Part shown: one piece after another, positions 63,368-64,000 of the stretch
How positions within the stretch are numbered: the stretch's first letter is position 1
Layout: every line of letters starts with the position of its first letter
Origin: Octopus vulgaris
Lineage: Eukaryota
Length of the DNA: 64,000 nt
Direction: 5' to 3'
Assembly (NCBI GenBank): GCA_951406725.2
Contig: OX597830.1
Coordinates: 62,992,001 to 63,056,000 of the forward strand
Position numbers and translations under genes: made by a program
Notes under the pieces: model-generated
The model's database searches: none
What the model saw: only the letters and a program-made list of their open reading frames with translations
Told to the model about the DNA's origin: nothing

Positions 63368-63776
63368 CCCTTTTTCAATAGGCACAAGGTCTGAAAATTT
63401 TTTTGTGGGTGGGGAGTAGTTGATTACATCGACCCCAGTAGATAACTGGTACTCTATTATATTGATCCAAAAGGATGAAGGGCAATGTTGACCTAAGCAA
63501 GATTTGAACTCAGAATGTAGAGAGCCAGAAATGCTACAAAGCAGTCTGTTTGGAACCTGAATGATTCTGCCAGTTCACCCCATTTAAACCAGCAGTTTCT
63601 GAGAGGAAGAATGGTCAGTCGATATCGTCGTTGCCAGAACTCATTTTCTGCTATCTTTCATTGATTCTAGGAAGATGAAAGACAAAGTTCAGCTCAGCAG
63701 CTTTTGAATTCAAAAATGAAAAGCATTTCGCTTGACACTTTCAGGATTACGCCAACCCACTGCCTTCTTTGTTGTC

Positions 63777-63913
<137 letters not shown>

Positions 63914-64000
63914 GTTTCAGATTTTGTAAAGTCAACCTTTGTAGAATTTGAACTCAGAATATTGCTTAGGCATGGTGTGCAAACGATTCTGCCTGATCAC

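Overview
Eukaryotic, AT-rich, microsatellite- and transposon-dense DNA. The repeat content (tRNA-headed SINEs, (TA)n/(TG)n/(ATC)n tracts) points to an Octopus-like cephalopod genome; this is an inference. One host gene is visible: the 3' part of a mitochondrial pyruvate dehydrogenase kinase (PDK) gene on the + strand. It has nine GT-AG exons between 6073 and 36763 that splice in frame to 294 aa plus stop; its N-terminal exons lie upstream of the window. Everything else is intron or intergenic DNA: a CR1-type LINE, RTE and CR1 fragments, a Ty3/Gypsy remnant, Tc1 and mariner remnants, TTAA-site (piggyBac-like) and hAT-like MITEs, several SINE families and Penelope-derived pieces. Most notable signals: (i) a dispersed set of minimal type-I hammerhead-ribozyme motifs, two with compensatory 3:8 core changes sitting in the loops of long fold-back hairpins, a tandem pair in a PDK intron, and one fused behind a tRNA/Pol III head; (ii) a nearly homogeneous 241-bp tandem array built from a MITE; (iii) a repeat running across the PDK triple stop codon that encodes an HESQL peptide repeat in a shifted frame. 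Most ORFs in the supplied track are microsatellite or SINE artefacts.
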